Part shown: one piece after another, positions 1 through 8,753 of the stretch
Layout of the letters: every line of letters starts with the position of its first letter
Position numbering within the stretch: position 1 is the stretch's first letter
NCBI GenBank assembly: GCA_014728175.1
Contig: WJMA01000063.1
Span: 34,413 to 98,412 of the forward strand
Direction: 5' to 3'
Origin: Candidatus Fermentibacterota bacterium
Lineage (GTDB): Bacteria > Fermentibacterota > Fermentibacteria > Fermentibacterales > JCC-6
Length of the DNA: 64,000 bases
Notes under the pieces: generated by a model
The model's database searches: none
Told to the model about the DNA's origin: nothing
Seen by the model: the letters and a program-made list of their open reading frames with translations, nothing else
Position numbers and translations under genes: made by a program

Positions 1-2
1 AC

Positions 3-1052
3 ATGAGGTTGATCTTCCAGGATCTGATCCAGCGGCTCGACTATCCCACGGTCATGACGGACAAGAACATGGTTCCACAGATAGTGAACGGCGTTCCCGT
101 TTCCGACAACGTTTCCCCGGAGAGCCTTGCGAAGTACGCCGATCTGGTTGGGCGGCTGGACGCCCAGAACGATCCGGTCCCCATGCTCAGGGCTCCCGAT
201 GACACCATAGGCTGGCTGCACTACGGGCGGAGCGAGTTGCACGACGAGCTGGCCATGGTTCCGTACCTGGAGCTGGGGCTTCTGGCCTTTCTGGGTCTGG
301 GTCTCTTCCTCGGCCTGCGGGTGGAGCTGAGACGGGAGAAGGAGATGGCCTGGACGGGCTTCGCCAAGGAGACCGCCCACCAATTGGGAACCCCTCTCTC
401 TTCGCTCATGGGCTGGATGGAGCTCCTGCGGGAGAGACCCGACCTGGAGAGGGACGAGGACCTCAAGGAGGCACTGAGTTCGATTAGGGGGGACATCGAG
501 CGTCTGAGCCAGATAGCCGACAGGTACGGCCAGTTGGGCAAAAGGCCCAAGCTATACCCTGTGTCGGTGAACGAGGTGATAGACAACATCTTATCTTACT
601 TCAGAAGCAGGCCGGGGCTCATGTCGGAGAACGTGGGGGTCACCTCCCACCTCGATGCCGAGCAGAGGGTGATGATCAACCCCGTGCTCATCGGTTGGGT
701 GTTCGAGAACCTGCTCAAGAACTCGCTGGCCGCCGTGCAAGACAGACGCCAGGGAAGGATAACCGTAAGCACGGAGGACGTAGAGGAAGGCAAGGGCATG
801 GTCCGGGTCCTGTTTGAGGACAACGGCTGCGGCATCAACTTCAAGGACCAGGGCAAGATCTTTCGCCCCGGATTCAGTACCCGGACGGGCGGATGGGGAT
901 TGGGCCTGACCGTGAGTAAAAGGATCGTGGAGAGGTACCATGGCGGAAGCATAAGGCTGAAGGCCAGCTCTCCGGGGAAGGGCACCGTCTTCGAAATACT
1001 TTTGAGAGCGGAATCAGAGGGGGCCGAGGATGACGACAATCCTCTGGGTTGA
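3..1052 (+). CDS. Sensor histidine kinase, 5'-truncated by window edge (PorY-like partner of the next gene)
   Basis: TM segment LELGLLAFLGLGLFLGL. H-box AHQLGTPLSSLMGW. ATPase N/G boxes FEDNGCGI and GWGLGLTVSKRIVERYHGG. Overlaps the downstream regulator by 23 nt. Confidence 0.85.
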   Translation: MRLIFQDLIQRLDYPTVMTDKNMVPQIVNGVPVSDNVSPESLAKYADLVGRLDAQNDPVPMLRAPDDTIGWLHYGRSELHDELAMVPYLELGLLAFLGLGLFLGLRVELRREKEMAWTGFAKETAHQLGTPLSSLMGWMELLRERPDLERDEDLKEALSSIRGDIERLSQIADRYGQLGKRPKLYPVSVNEVIDNILSYFRSRPGLMSENVGVTSHLDAEQRVMINPVLIGWVFENLLKNSLAAVQDRRQGRITVSTEDVEEGKGMVRVLFEDNGCGINFKDQGKIFRPGFSTRTGGWGLGLTVSKRIVERYHGGSIRLKASSPGKGTVFEILLRAESEGAEDDDNPLG

Positions 1053-2586
1053 CGACGAGATAGACCACCTGCGAAGCCACATAAGGTACCTGGAGAAGAG
1101 AGGGTACAGGGTTCTGACCGCAATGAGCGGCAGGGCCGCTCTGGACGAACTTTCGAAGAACAAGGTGGACCTGGTTCTTATGGACCAGATGATGGTGGGG
1201 CTGGACGGCCTGGAGACCGTGGAGATGATCCGCAAGAGCTACCACCAGCTTCCGGTGGTTATGGTTACCCAGAGCGAGGAAGAGGAGCTGATGGACAAGG
1301 CCCTGGGCGGCGAGACCGACGACTACCTCACCAAACCGGTCAATCCCAGCCAGGTCCTTCTGGTGATAAAGCGAATACTGACCAGCGACAGGCTGAGGTC
1401 CGAGCGGGCGGCTGAGGAGCTGATGTCCAGGGTGGGGAGGTTGATGGGATCTTCCGACGACCTGATTGGCATAGACGACTGGATCTCGCTGTACAGCGAG
1501 TGGATGCATGGAGACGTAACCTACGGCAGCATGCTGGAGAGCGACATGAAGAGCGTGGAGAAGGGGCGGTTCCAGGAACTGGCCTTGAGGTTCTCCAGGT
1601 TCGTGGAAAAGGGCTATCCGGAGTGGATAGCATCGGAACAGGACGCCCCGCTCATGCCCCACAACTTCCTGCGAAGGGTATTGCCACCTCTGCTTCAGAG
1701 CTCCGGGGAGGTGGTTCTGCTGGTGATGGACTGCATGAGGCTTGATCAGTGGCTGGTAATGTACTCCGAGGTGGAGAAGTGGTTCCACCAGCGCCTGGAT
1801 TTTATGGTGGTGAACCTCCCTTCCGCTACCCCCTACAGCAGAAACGCCCTCTTCGCGGGTCTCCTACCCAGGGACATCCGGCGCTTCTACAGACAGAACT
1901 GGGTGGATGAGTACGGTTCCCCCGGATTGAACAGGCACGAGCCGGAGCACCTCCGGGACGCCCTGGCCCGCATAGAGAGGAGCTCTCGCGTCTCCGCCGA
2001 ATACGTCAGGGTGGGAAACCACCGGGAGGGCGAGAGTTTCCGGAGGTCTCTCTCCCAGCACCTTACCGGAGGCTTCCTCGCCGTGGTGGTGAGCTACCTG
2101 GACCATCTGACCCATGGCAGGTCGGAGAGCGACGTTCTCAAGGACCTCGCCCCGGACGTACGAAGCTTCAGGGAGCTGGCACTATCCTGGTTCCAGGGTT
2201 CCTTCCTAAAGTCGGTGCTGAAAACCCTTGCCGCCAGGGGAACGACGGTGGTGGTAACCAGCGATCACGGATCGGACTTCTGCAATAGGTCCGCCCGGGT
2301 GAAGGGCGCCCGGGGGATGTCCAGCAGCGTGAGGTTCCGGGTCGGGCACTCACTGACCGCCGGTGAAAAGGAGTCCGTGGTGGTTCGGGAGCCCGACGAC
2401 TGGGGCCTTCCCGCGGAGCATCCTCGCAAGACTTACGTCTTCGCCCGACCGGGCTACGTTCTCATGCAGCCCCATATGCCCCGGGATGACTTGCGCAAAT
2501 TCATGGGCACTTTCCAACACGGAGGAATATCCATAGAAGAGATGATTGTGCCCGTGGCCACCCTTGTTCCCAAGAAGCTGGGATGA
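1030..2586 (+). CDS. Response regulator with receiver domain fused to a PglZ/alkaline-phosphatase-superfamily domain (PorX-like architecture)
   Basis: Receiver motifs ILWVDDE, LVLMDQMMVGLDG and DDYLTKP. C-terminal PglZ-like motifs LLVMDCMRLDQW, SATPYSRNALFAGL, YLDHLTHG and VVVTSDHGS. Confidence 0.85.
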   Translation: MTTILWVDDEIDHLRSHIRYLEKRGYRVLTAMSGRAALDELSKNKVDLVLMDQMMVGLDGLETVEMIRKSYHQLPVVMVTQSEEEELMDKALGGETDDYLTKPVNPSQVLLVIKRILTSDRLRSERAAEELMSRVGRLMGSSDDLIGIDDWISLYSEWMHGDVTYGSMLESDMKSVEKGRFQELALRFSRFVEKGYPEWIASEQDAPLMPHNFLRRVLPPLLQSSGEVVLLVMDCMRLDQWLVMYSEVEKWFHQRLDFMVVNLPSATPYSRNALFAGLLPRDIRRFYRQNWVDEYGSPGLNRHEPEHLRDALARIERSSRVSAEYVRVGNHREGESFRRSLSQHLTGGFLAVVVSYLDHLTHGRSESDVLKDLAPDVRSFRELALSWFQGSFLKSVLKTLAARGTTVVVTSDHGSDFCNRSARVKGARGMSSSVRFRVGHSLTAGEKESVVVREPDDWGLPAEHPRKTYVFARPGYVLMQPHMPRDDLRKFMGTFQHGGISIEEMIVPVATLVPKKLG

Positions 2587-3032
2587 CCCGGACGGTTTTC
2601 GCCGGCCGAATCAGCAAGGAGGAGATGATCGAAGAGGCCCGGGATCTGGCCTCCTCGAAGCCCGTACCGAAGAGAGTCTACCTGGAGGGGCCTCTGGGGA
2701 CCGGCAAGTCGACTTTCGCCAGGGCCTTCATGAGAAAGCTGGGCGTCGAGGGCGCTATCCCCAGCCCTACCTTCGTGATTAGAGCCGACTACCAGGTCGG
2801 GTGTAGGTCCATCCACCACGTGGATATGTATCGGCTTTCCGGAGACCCTTTGGAACTGTGCGGGCTGGGCGTGGACGAGCTTCTGGAGTCGGACGACATA
2901 GTCGTTGTCGAATGGGCCGAACGCCTTCCGCCTCACTGGAGACGCCTTGGTGCTACCGTGGAGATAGGTTTCTGCGGCGACCCCGATAGCAGAGAGGTCA
3001 GGATTGCAAGGGAAGATCTGGCTGGGAATTGA
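2583..3032 (+). CDS. tsaE: tRNA t6A37 biosynthesis ATPase TsaE
   Basis: P-loop GPLGTGKSTFARAF. Size of about 150 aa. The ATG overlaps the upstream TGA. Followed by tsaB. Confidence 0.85.
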   Translation: MTRTVFAGRISKEEMIEEARDLASSKPVPKRVYLEGPLGTGKSTFARAFMRKLGVEGAIPSPTFVIRADYQVGCRSIHHVDMYRLSGDPLELCGLGVDELLESDDIVVVEWAERLPPHWRRLGATVEIGFCGDPDSREVRIAREDLAGN

Positions 3033-3675
3033 GTCCTCCGCGCGGCAGGGAGGGGTGGCACTGGTCAGGGGATCGGAGGTGCTCGCCGAGCTCCTGGTTC
3101 CGGTAACCGCCGATTACTCGGAGAAGGTCCTCCCCGCGGTGGAGGAGCTGCTGGCCCGGACCGGAGTCTGCCCTGAAGATATCGGGGGAATCGGGGTATC
3201 CGTGGGACCCGGTTCCTACACCGGGCTGAGAATAGGGTCGGCGACGGCCATGGGAATCTCCAGGGGCTGGAACAGGCCGGCCAAGGGGGTTCCGACCCTG
3301 AGGGCGTTGGCGTTGGCCGCCCCGGACGATAGACCCGTGCTGGTATGTACGAGGGCCCGGGATGGAGAGGTCTTCGCGTCCGCCTACATGGGAAAGCAGC
3401 CCTTCTGCCCGGAGCTCTTTCCTCCGGGGGTGTACACGGCGGAGGCGGTGGCGCTGTGGGTGGCGGACCTGGAAGACATGGTGGGGGTGGGAAGCGGAAG
3501 AAGTGAGCTGACCCCGGATACGGTCCGGTGGCTCCATCCGTCAATGGACTTACCCCGCCCTTCGGCGGTGGCGGTCATCGCGGCTGAGCTTGCCCGCCGG
3601 GAGGGCCCCGACCATCATATCCAGCCCCTTTACCTGAGAAGCTTCGGACAGAAGGCGGTTGATGTTGTTCCCTGA
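3004..3675 (+). CDS. tsaB: tRNA t6A37 biosynthesis protein TsaB
   Basis: N-terminal LGIESSARQGGVAL and GVSVGPGSYTGLRIG motifs typical of TsaB. TTG start, uncertain. Confidence 0.8.
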   Translation: MQGKIWLGIESSARQGGVALVRGSEVLAELLVPVTADYSEKVLPAVEELLARTGVCPEDIGGIGVSVGPGSYTGLRIGSATAMGISRGWNRPAKGVPTLRALALAAPDDRPVLVCTRARDGEVFASAYMGKQPFCPELFPPGVYTAEAVALWVADLEDMVGVGSGRSELTPDTVRWLHPSMDLPRPSAVAVIAAELARREGPDHHIQPLYLRSFGQKAVDVVP

Positions 3676-4933
3676 GTTGAGACTGGGGCGCCCGGCCGAC
3701 ATCGACCGGTTGACCGGCCTGGACGCCCGAATCTTCCCCTGGGGTCCCTGGCCACGGGCTGCTTTTGCGCAGACCGTTCTTCCCCGAAGGGACTCCAGAA
3801 CCCTGCTCGCTTTGAGCGACGGCCGAATCGCCGGCTACTGCTGTGCCAGCCTGGAACCGGAAGGCATTCTCCACCTGACCAATCTGGCGGTGATACCGGA
3901 GTGGCGACGCAAGGGGCTGGGCTCCCTTCTGACGGGGGAGATGGAGACCTGGGGCGCCAGGAGGAGTTGCAGCTCGGTCATGCTGGAGGTGAGAAAGGGC
4001 GATACGGCCACAATACGCTTCTACGACTCCCTGGGTTACCTGCGGGAGGGAACGATCGAGCGTTACTACGGATCGGCCGACGCGGTGGTGATGGGTCGGC
4101 AGCTGGAAGTCAAGAACGCTCACGAGGAGAAGCTGGGGGAGCTGAGCGAGGCGATTGCCGCTCGACTGGGACCGACGCCCCCGGTGGGTTTGGTCCTGGG
4201 ATCGGGCCTGTCCTGGCTGGTGGAGTCCGCCGGCATCGACGGGGAGTTCGACATCGACAGTCTTCCCCACATGCATGGGGAGAAACTGCCGGGACATCCC
4301 GGAAGGATCGCGGTCAGCAGATGTGGAAGCTTCCTCTTCCTGATGGGAAGAAGACATCGATACCAGGGATTCGATCCTGCGGAAATCTCTCTGTTGCCCA
4401 GCGCCCTCAGCGATCTGGGAACCTGCACCTGGATCCTGACCAGCTCGGCCGGAGGGCTGCTTCCGGAAATGGACGTGGGAACGGCGGTAGTGTTCGAGGA
4501 TCACATCAACCTGACCGGCAGCGCTCATCGGATGACCTGCGGCAGATGCGGAGGTTCCGTGTACTCGGCAGATCTGAGGTCAATCGCTCTGGAATGTGCC
4601 GAGGCAGAAGGCGCCGACCTCAGAGCGGGCGTTTTCGCCTACGTAACGGGGCCCGCCTACGAAACGAGATCGGAGGTCGCCCTTCTCAGGTCCGCCGGCG
4701 CCTCGATGGTATCCATGTCCACCGTGCCCGAGGCTCTGGCCCTGGCGGAGCTCGGTTGCTCCACGATTGCTCTGGCCCTGGTGGCCAACTCCGCAGACGG
4801 CGCCAACCCGGTAAGCCACGAAGAGGTCCTGGCCGCTCAGCCGAAGATACGAAAGAAGCAGGAAGGATTTCTGCTAAGGCTGATGGACGAATCGCTTTGC
4901 TACGCGAGGGGCGAGGATAGATGCGGCGGATGA
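3659..4933 (+). CDS. Fusion protein: RimI-like GNAT acetyltransferase (N-terminal, about 150 aa) plus trimeric-type purine nucleoside phosphorylase (C-terminal, about 270 aa)
   Basis: GNAT core IPEWRRKGLGSLL...IRFYDSLGY. PNP motifs GLVLGSGLS, GRRHRYQG, TGPAYETRSE and SMSTVPE, all in one uninterrupted frame. Confidence 0.8.
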   Translation: MMLFPELRLGRPADIDRLTGLDARIFPWGPWPRAAFAQTVLPRRDSRTLLALSDGRIAGYCCASLEPEGILHLTNLAVIPEWRRKGLGSLLTGEMETWGARRSCSSVMLEVRKGDTATIRFYDSLGYLREGTIERYYGSADAVVMGRQLEVKNAHEEKLGELSEAIAARLGPTPPVGLVLGSGLSWLVESAGIDGEFDIDSLPHMHGEKLPGHPGRIAVSRCGSFLFLMGRRHRYQGFDPAEISLLPSALSDLGTCTWILTSSAGGLLPEMDVGTAVVFEDHINLTGSAHRMTCGRCGGSVYSADLRSIALECAEAEGADLRAGVFAYVTGPAYETRSEVALLRSAGASMVSMSTVPEALALAELGCSTIALALVANSADGANPVSHEEVLAAQPKIRKKQEGFLLRLMDESLCYARGEDRCGG

Positions 4934-6171
4934 CGTACCCGGAGGTCGAGGAATACCTCTTCTCCAAACGCAGAATGGGAATGAAGTACGGGCTGGAGAG
5001 AATCCGGGAGCTGATGGAGGAGCTGGGAAGTCCGCAGGAGAGCTTCCGTACCGTCCATGTGGTAGGAACCAACGGCAAGGGTTCCACGGCGATGCTCATG
5101 ACGGCGGTGGCCACCAGGCTGGGCATGAGAACGGGCCTTCTCACCTCTCCCCACCTTCTGAGCTTCCGGGAAAGGATATCCGTGGACGACAGGTGGATCG
5201 CCGAGGAAGCGGTCTGCGAGTTCGTGCGGGACAACATGGATGCCATCGAGCGTCTTTCGGCCACATTCTTCGAGATATGCACGGCGATGGCGGCAAGCTA
5301 CTTCCGGGATAGGGGTGTCGAATGGGCGGTGGCGGAGGCCGGGCTGGGCGGAAGGCTGGACGCCACCAGAACGTTCGAGGGGGAAGCCACCGTGTTCACG
5401 GGGGTGGGCCTGGAGCATGCTCGCATCCTGGGGCCGACCAGGGCGGCCATAGCCTCGGAGAAGGTCGCGGTCGCCGCGGACCGAACCACCCTGATCGGGT
5501 TCGAACAGACGGAGGACGTAGAGAAGGTCGTGTCTGCGACCGTCGAGAACCGGGGGCTCAGGCGGGTTTTTCCGCTTCCCGCTCCGGCCAGCGCCGGACC
5601 CGGCTCTCACCAGAAACTCAACGCGGACCTGGCCTACACTGCCTGCCGGGAGTTGTTCGAGGTCCCTGAGGACAACCTGGAACGGGCGTTCCGGGACGCC
5701 TGCCGGGAGACCCATCTACCGGGAAGGTTGGACATGATGAAGGGAGACCCACCGATCCTCTTCGACGTGGCCCACAACCCCGAGGCCATGGTTCATCTGG
5801 TGGAGCACGTCGAAGAATGGGACGTCCCTCTTCCCGCCGTGCTGGGATTCCTGGCCGACAAGCGCTGCGGGGAGATGCTGGACATCCTCGGGGATACCCT
5901 TGGACCGATCGTTGCCACCACCCCGGTCTCCGACAGGGCGATGACCGCCGATGATCTGAGCCGGCTGGTACGGGATCAGATGGGGGTGAGATGCCTCGCG
6001 AAAAGCTCGATACCCGAAGCGGTGAGCATGGGGAGAGATCTGGCTTCCAAGCTGCGAAAGCCACTGGTCGTAACAGGGTCCTTCTTCATGACCGGGGAAG
6101 CCATGAAACACTGCTGGCGGATGGGCTGGGTGTCCGAGCCAACCCATCCCGATATTGCCGGTCTGGTATGA
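4921..6171 (+). CDS. folC: Folylpolyglutamate synthase / dihydrofolate synthase
   Basis: Mur-ligase P-loop VVGTNGKGSTAMLM, EAGLGGRLDAT and FDVAHNPEA motifs. Confidence 0.85.
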   Translation: MRRMTYPEVEEYLFSKRRMGMKYGLERIRELMEELGSPQESFRTVHVVGTNGKGSTAMLMTAVATRLGMRTGLLTSPHLLSFRERISVDDRWIAEEAVCEFVRDNMDAIERLSATFFEICTAMAASYFRDRGVEWAVAEAGLGGRLDATRTFEGEATVFTGVGLEHARILGPTRAAIASEKVAVAADRTTLIGFEQTEDVEKVVSATVENRGLRRVFPLPAPASAGPGSHQKLNADLAYTACRELFEVPEDNLERAFRDACRETHLPGRLDMMKGDPPILFDVAHNPEAMVHLVEHVEEWDVPLPAVLGFLADKRCGEMLDILGDTLGPIVATTPVSDRAMTADDLSRLVRDQMGVRCLAKSSIPEAVSMGRDLASKLRKPLVVTGSFFMTGEAMKHCWRMGWVSEPTHPDIAGLV

Positions 6172-6254
6172 GCCTCGATCGTTGACATGCCTGCCGTCTT
6201 GCGGATATAGGTGCACGGGCGGCCGAAGAGAACCGAAATGGGAGGGATCTTCAG

Positions 6255-6509
6255 ATGGCGAAAGCCGAGCGAAGAGCAGCGGCGGCGAAGAAGAAAACGC
6301 CGGACGACCAGTCATTCGACGGCAAGGAGACCACGCCCTTCACCAAAGCGAACTACATCCTGTTCGCGGTGGGACTGGCGGACATTGTCGCAGGCTGGTT
6401 CCTGCTCAGGGCCGGCGATACCACGGCAGCCCCCATAATGCTGGTGCTGGGCTACTGCGGCATTATTCCCCTGGCAATACTGTACAAGAGGAAGCGTCAT
6501 ACCGAGTGA
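6255..6509 (+). CDS. Small basic protein with two predicted TM helices, unknown function
   Basis: GGAGGG located 8 nt upstream of the ATG. Lys/Ala-rich N-terminus followed by the hydrophobic segments ILFAVGLADIVAGWFLL and IMLVLGYCGIIPLAIL. Its stop overlaps the GTG of the next gene. Confidence 0.55.
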   Translation: MAKAERRAAAAKKKTPDDQSFDGKETTPFTKANYILFAVGLADIVAGWFLLRAGDTTAAPIMLVLGYCGIIPLAILYKRKRHTE

Positions 6510-7243
6510 AAAGCCCGCTGCCTCTCGTGGCGATCCTTTCGGTTCTGCTCGGCTGCGGGTCGCCCCAGCAGGACGATCGACCTCCGCCCCTACCTCTTCT
6601 GGAAGCCGAGGATACCCTTTTCGTAAGAGTGCCGGCGGGCAGCTTCGTAGACTGCTCGGGCGATACGGTCCGGGTGGACGCATTCGATCTGGCCAGGTTC
6701 GAGGTCAGCAACAGGCTTTATCTCAACCTGACCGGAGGTAGAGCGACCCCCGACCCCGGGTTCCCGGACATGCACGACTACGCCCATCTCAACCCCGACC
6801 ATCCGGTGGTGAACGTAAGCGCGCTGGAAGCCGAGTCGGCCGCCGCTTCGATCGGGTGCCGCCTGCCCACTCCGACCGAGTTGCGTTACGCCGCCCAGTT
6901 GGGCCTGGAGGGAGATATCCGGGAGCTGTATCCCTGGGGCCGGCTGGAACCTTCGGGACCGGACTGGCCGACCAACCTGCTGGCCGGCGACGATTGGAGC
7001 GGTCGGTCCAAGGACGGCTTCCCTTACACCGCCCCGGTAGGCTCCTTTCCTTACAACGATCTGGGGTTGGCCGACCTGGGAGGAAACGTTTCCGAGTGGA
7101 CCTCCGAAGGAGATTCACTGAGAACGGTCGTTGGAGGAAGCTGGCTGTCTCCTGCCGAGGAGGCAACCATCTGCAGCCGCTCGGAGCTTCCGGCTACCGA
7201 CAGAGCCTGGCACGTAGGATTCAGGCTGGCCCGAAGCCTGTGA
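6506..7243 (+). CDS. Lipoprotein with a formylglycine-generating-enzyme (SUMF1) fold domain, lacking the catalytic Cys pair
   Basis: Lipobox VAILSVLLGC. FGE-family motifs HPVVNVS, LPTPTELRYAA, GNVSEWT, VVGGSW and WHVGFRLA. I chose the GTG at 6506 within the longer track ORF 6155..7243. Confidence 0.75.
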   Translation: MKSPLPLVAILSVLLGCGSPQQDDRPPPLPLLEAEDTLFVRVPAGSFVDCSGDTVRVDAFDLARFEVSNRLYLNLTGGRATPDPGFPDMHDYAHLNPDHPVVNVSALEAESAAASIGCRLPTPTELRYAAQLGLEGDIRELYPWGRLEPSGPDWPTNLLAGDDWSGRSKDGFPYTAPVGSFPYNDLGLADLGGNVSEWTSEGDSLRTVVGGSWLSPAEEATICSRSELPATDRAWHVGFRLARSL

Positions 7244-7636
7244 GCCAGTCTGGACGTTCCTGGTCACTTCTGGCCTGACCCGGTTCTTCGCTAGCCCGTA
7301 CCGGCGCGGAGCAATCGGCGGAAGTGCTCGAGGGTGAGTACGAAAGGCTGTGCGTAGTCTACGATGGCTTCCTTGCAATCAGGTGCGAAGCCTCCAGACT
7401 CCTGATGAAAGCTTCCCGAGCCCTCAGACTCATGGTTGTGTACGGGAATCACTGAAGTATCGACCCGAGCAAATACCGGGACCGCCGAAGAGTCTACCTG
7501 GACAGGATGATCCGTTTCGAACAGCATCGGGAAAGCTGCTAGCTATCTCCGGGAGAATGTTGGTGGGCCAAGTGCCCGCCGGTTTGAACCCCATCCGTAA
7601 GTGGATCTCTATTCTTGGCATTCTACGTGATTTACG

Positions 7637-8107
7637 CTAGGAACCAATACTGGGGGGTGCAAGCTCAGGGCTGTTTTCCAATATCCAGGACTTGAAAGAT
7701 TCGAGAAGTGACTCAGCCGTCTGGAGCGCATGGTCAGCTTTTGCTTCGGATACTTTACTGGCGATCTCATACATGGATTCATGCCGGTCAGTTCTATAGG
7801 TCTGAATCCTTCTGACGTCATCATGGTCGAATCCGATGGTGTGTTCGAGTGATTCGATCCGTTTGTAATGGTGCCCTCTTGAATTCCTGACCCGATAACC
7901 GAGGACCAAGAGAGCCGCTGACGCGATACCAAGGCATGCGGTATACGCGTGAGTCAGCCTGCCTTCAGGCGAGATGACCGAGCGGGCATCGCCCAGTTCG
8001 CGAACTGCAACACCGTAAAACTTCTCTATCTGTACCTTATCAGGTTCCTCGGCTTTGACCTGATCAGGATTGTTCCGCACCCATTCGGTCAAGCCCATCC
8101 TCATCAC
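7637..8107 (-). CDS. HEPN-domain protein (putative toxin of a HEPN/MNT pair)
   Basis: An R-x4-H motif in RNSRGHHYKR inside a predicted all-helical protein of about 150 aa. Overlaps the upstream nucleotidyltransferase gene. Alternative starts at 8104 and 8098. Confidence 0.65.
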   Translation of the reverse strand: MMRMGLTEWVRNNPDQVKAEEPDKVQIEKFYGVAVRELGDARSVISPEGRLTHAYTACLGIASAALLVLGYRVRNSRGHHYKRIESLEHTIGFDHDDVRRIQTYRTDRHESMYEIASKVSEAKADHALQTAESLLESFKSWILENSPELAPPSIGS

Positions 8108-8654
8108 CTATCAGCATGATTTTCGGAGCGGTCAGTATCTTGATCAGGAAATTATCCCTGTCAGCGAATCTCTGCTTAAATTCCTCAATTGAGTAGACAA
8201 CAGGCGTGATATGCCTGTCCAGTTGGTCCTCGGCTCGGAACAGAGCAGCCGTTATATCCGAGTAGTCTATATCGCCGGTTACCAGTACATCGATGTCGCT
8301 TAAGCTATCCATGGTTCCCGATGCTGTACTGCCGAAAATAAACGCATACCGAATGCCTGATTCAGCTTCCAGATGTTTCCTGATGATATCTGCGACCCCT
8401 GCGGTTTTGACGATAAGATTGTGTATCTCATCGTATATAGGACAATTGCGGTTAGCAGTGTATATGGTGTTGCTGTGTTCTTTTCGCTTCGAGAGAATGC
8501 CCGTCTCTGACAGGTTCCGTAGCTCCCTTTCAACCGCGCCCTTGCCTGCCTGAACTTCTCTGATAATCTCTCGCAGGTGATAGCTCCTGTCGGGATGGGT
8601 GAAGAAAAGGATGAGAACCTTTTGCTTTGTAGACGGGAAAAGAGCATCGAGCAT
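8064..8654 (-). CDS. Winged-helix DNA-binding domain fused to a minimal nucleotidyltransferase (MNT-type antitoxin-like)
   Basis: N-terminal wHTH-like region LREIIREVQAGKGAVERELRNLSETGIL. NTase motif FIFGSTASGT...SDIDVLV. I chose the ATG at 8654 within the track ORF 8064..9221. Confidence 0.75.
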   Translation of the reverse strand: MLDALFPSTKQKVLILFFTHPDRSYHLREIIREVQAGKGAVERELRNLSETGILSKRKEHSNTIYTANRNCPIYDEIHNLIVKTAGVADIIRKHLEAESGIRYAFIFGSTASGTMDSLSDIDVLVTGDIDYSDITAALFRAEDQLDRHITPVVYSIEEFKQRFADRDNFLIKILTAPKIMLIGDEDGLDRMGAEQS

Positions 8655-8657
8655 AGC

Positions 8658-8702
8658 TGCCCCCAATCTGGGGGCAAATGTCCCCAATCTGGGGGCAGAT
8701 GT
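8658..8702 (-). promoter_or_regulatory. Two tandem 21-bp units, each an 8-bp-arm palindrome (TGCCCCCA-ATC-TGGGGGCA). Putative operator of the wHTH-MNT/HEPN operon.
   Basis: CCCCAATCTGGGGGCAAATGT at 8661-8681 and CCCCAATCTGGGGGCAGATGT at 8682-8702 differ by one mismatch. They start 4 nt upstream of the ATG at 8654. Confidence 0.5.
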
Positions 8703-8753
8703 CAAGGGTCGATAGAGAAAGCACCCGGCGATTGCCGAGGGCCAAAGAGCTTG

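Noticed and set aside
6155-6505. N-terminal 117 codons of the track ORF 6155..7243
   Set aside because: The translation is Arg/Gly-rich and overlaps the better-supported small gene 6255-6509 in another frame. A lipoprotein signal peptide begins exactly at the GTG at 6506.
7291-7527. 78-aa minus-strand ORF (and the 96-aa plus-strand ORF 7350-7640) in the islet downstream of the HEPN gene
   Set aside because: There is no convincing RBS and I could name no motif, and the two ORFs exclude each other. It may be a gene remnant, but I cannot support a call.
8661-8702. Possible CRISPR array
   Set aside because: There are only two directly adjacent 21-bp units with no spacers and no cas genes. It is better explained as an operator.
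7244-8753. Integrase gene or attL/attR repeat delimiting the tRNA-Val-associated islet
   Set aside because: No integrase-like ORF is present, and I found no copy of the tRNA-Val 3' segment near 7244-7300. I therefore make no mobile-element call.
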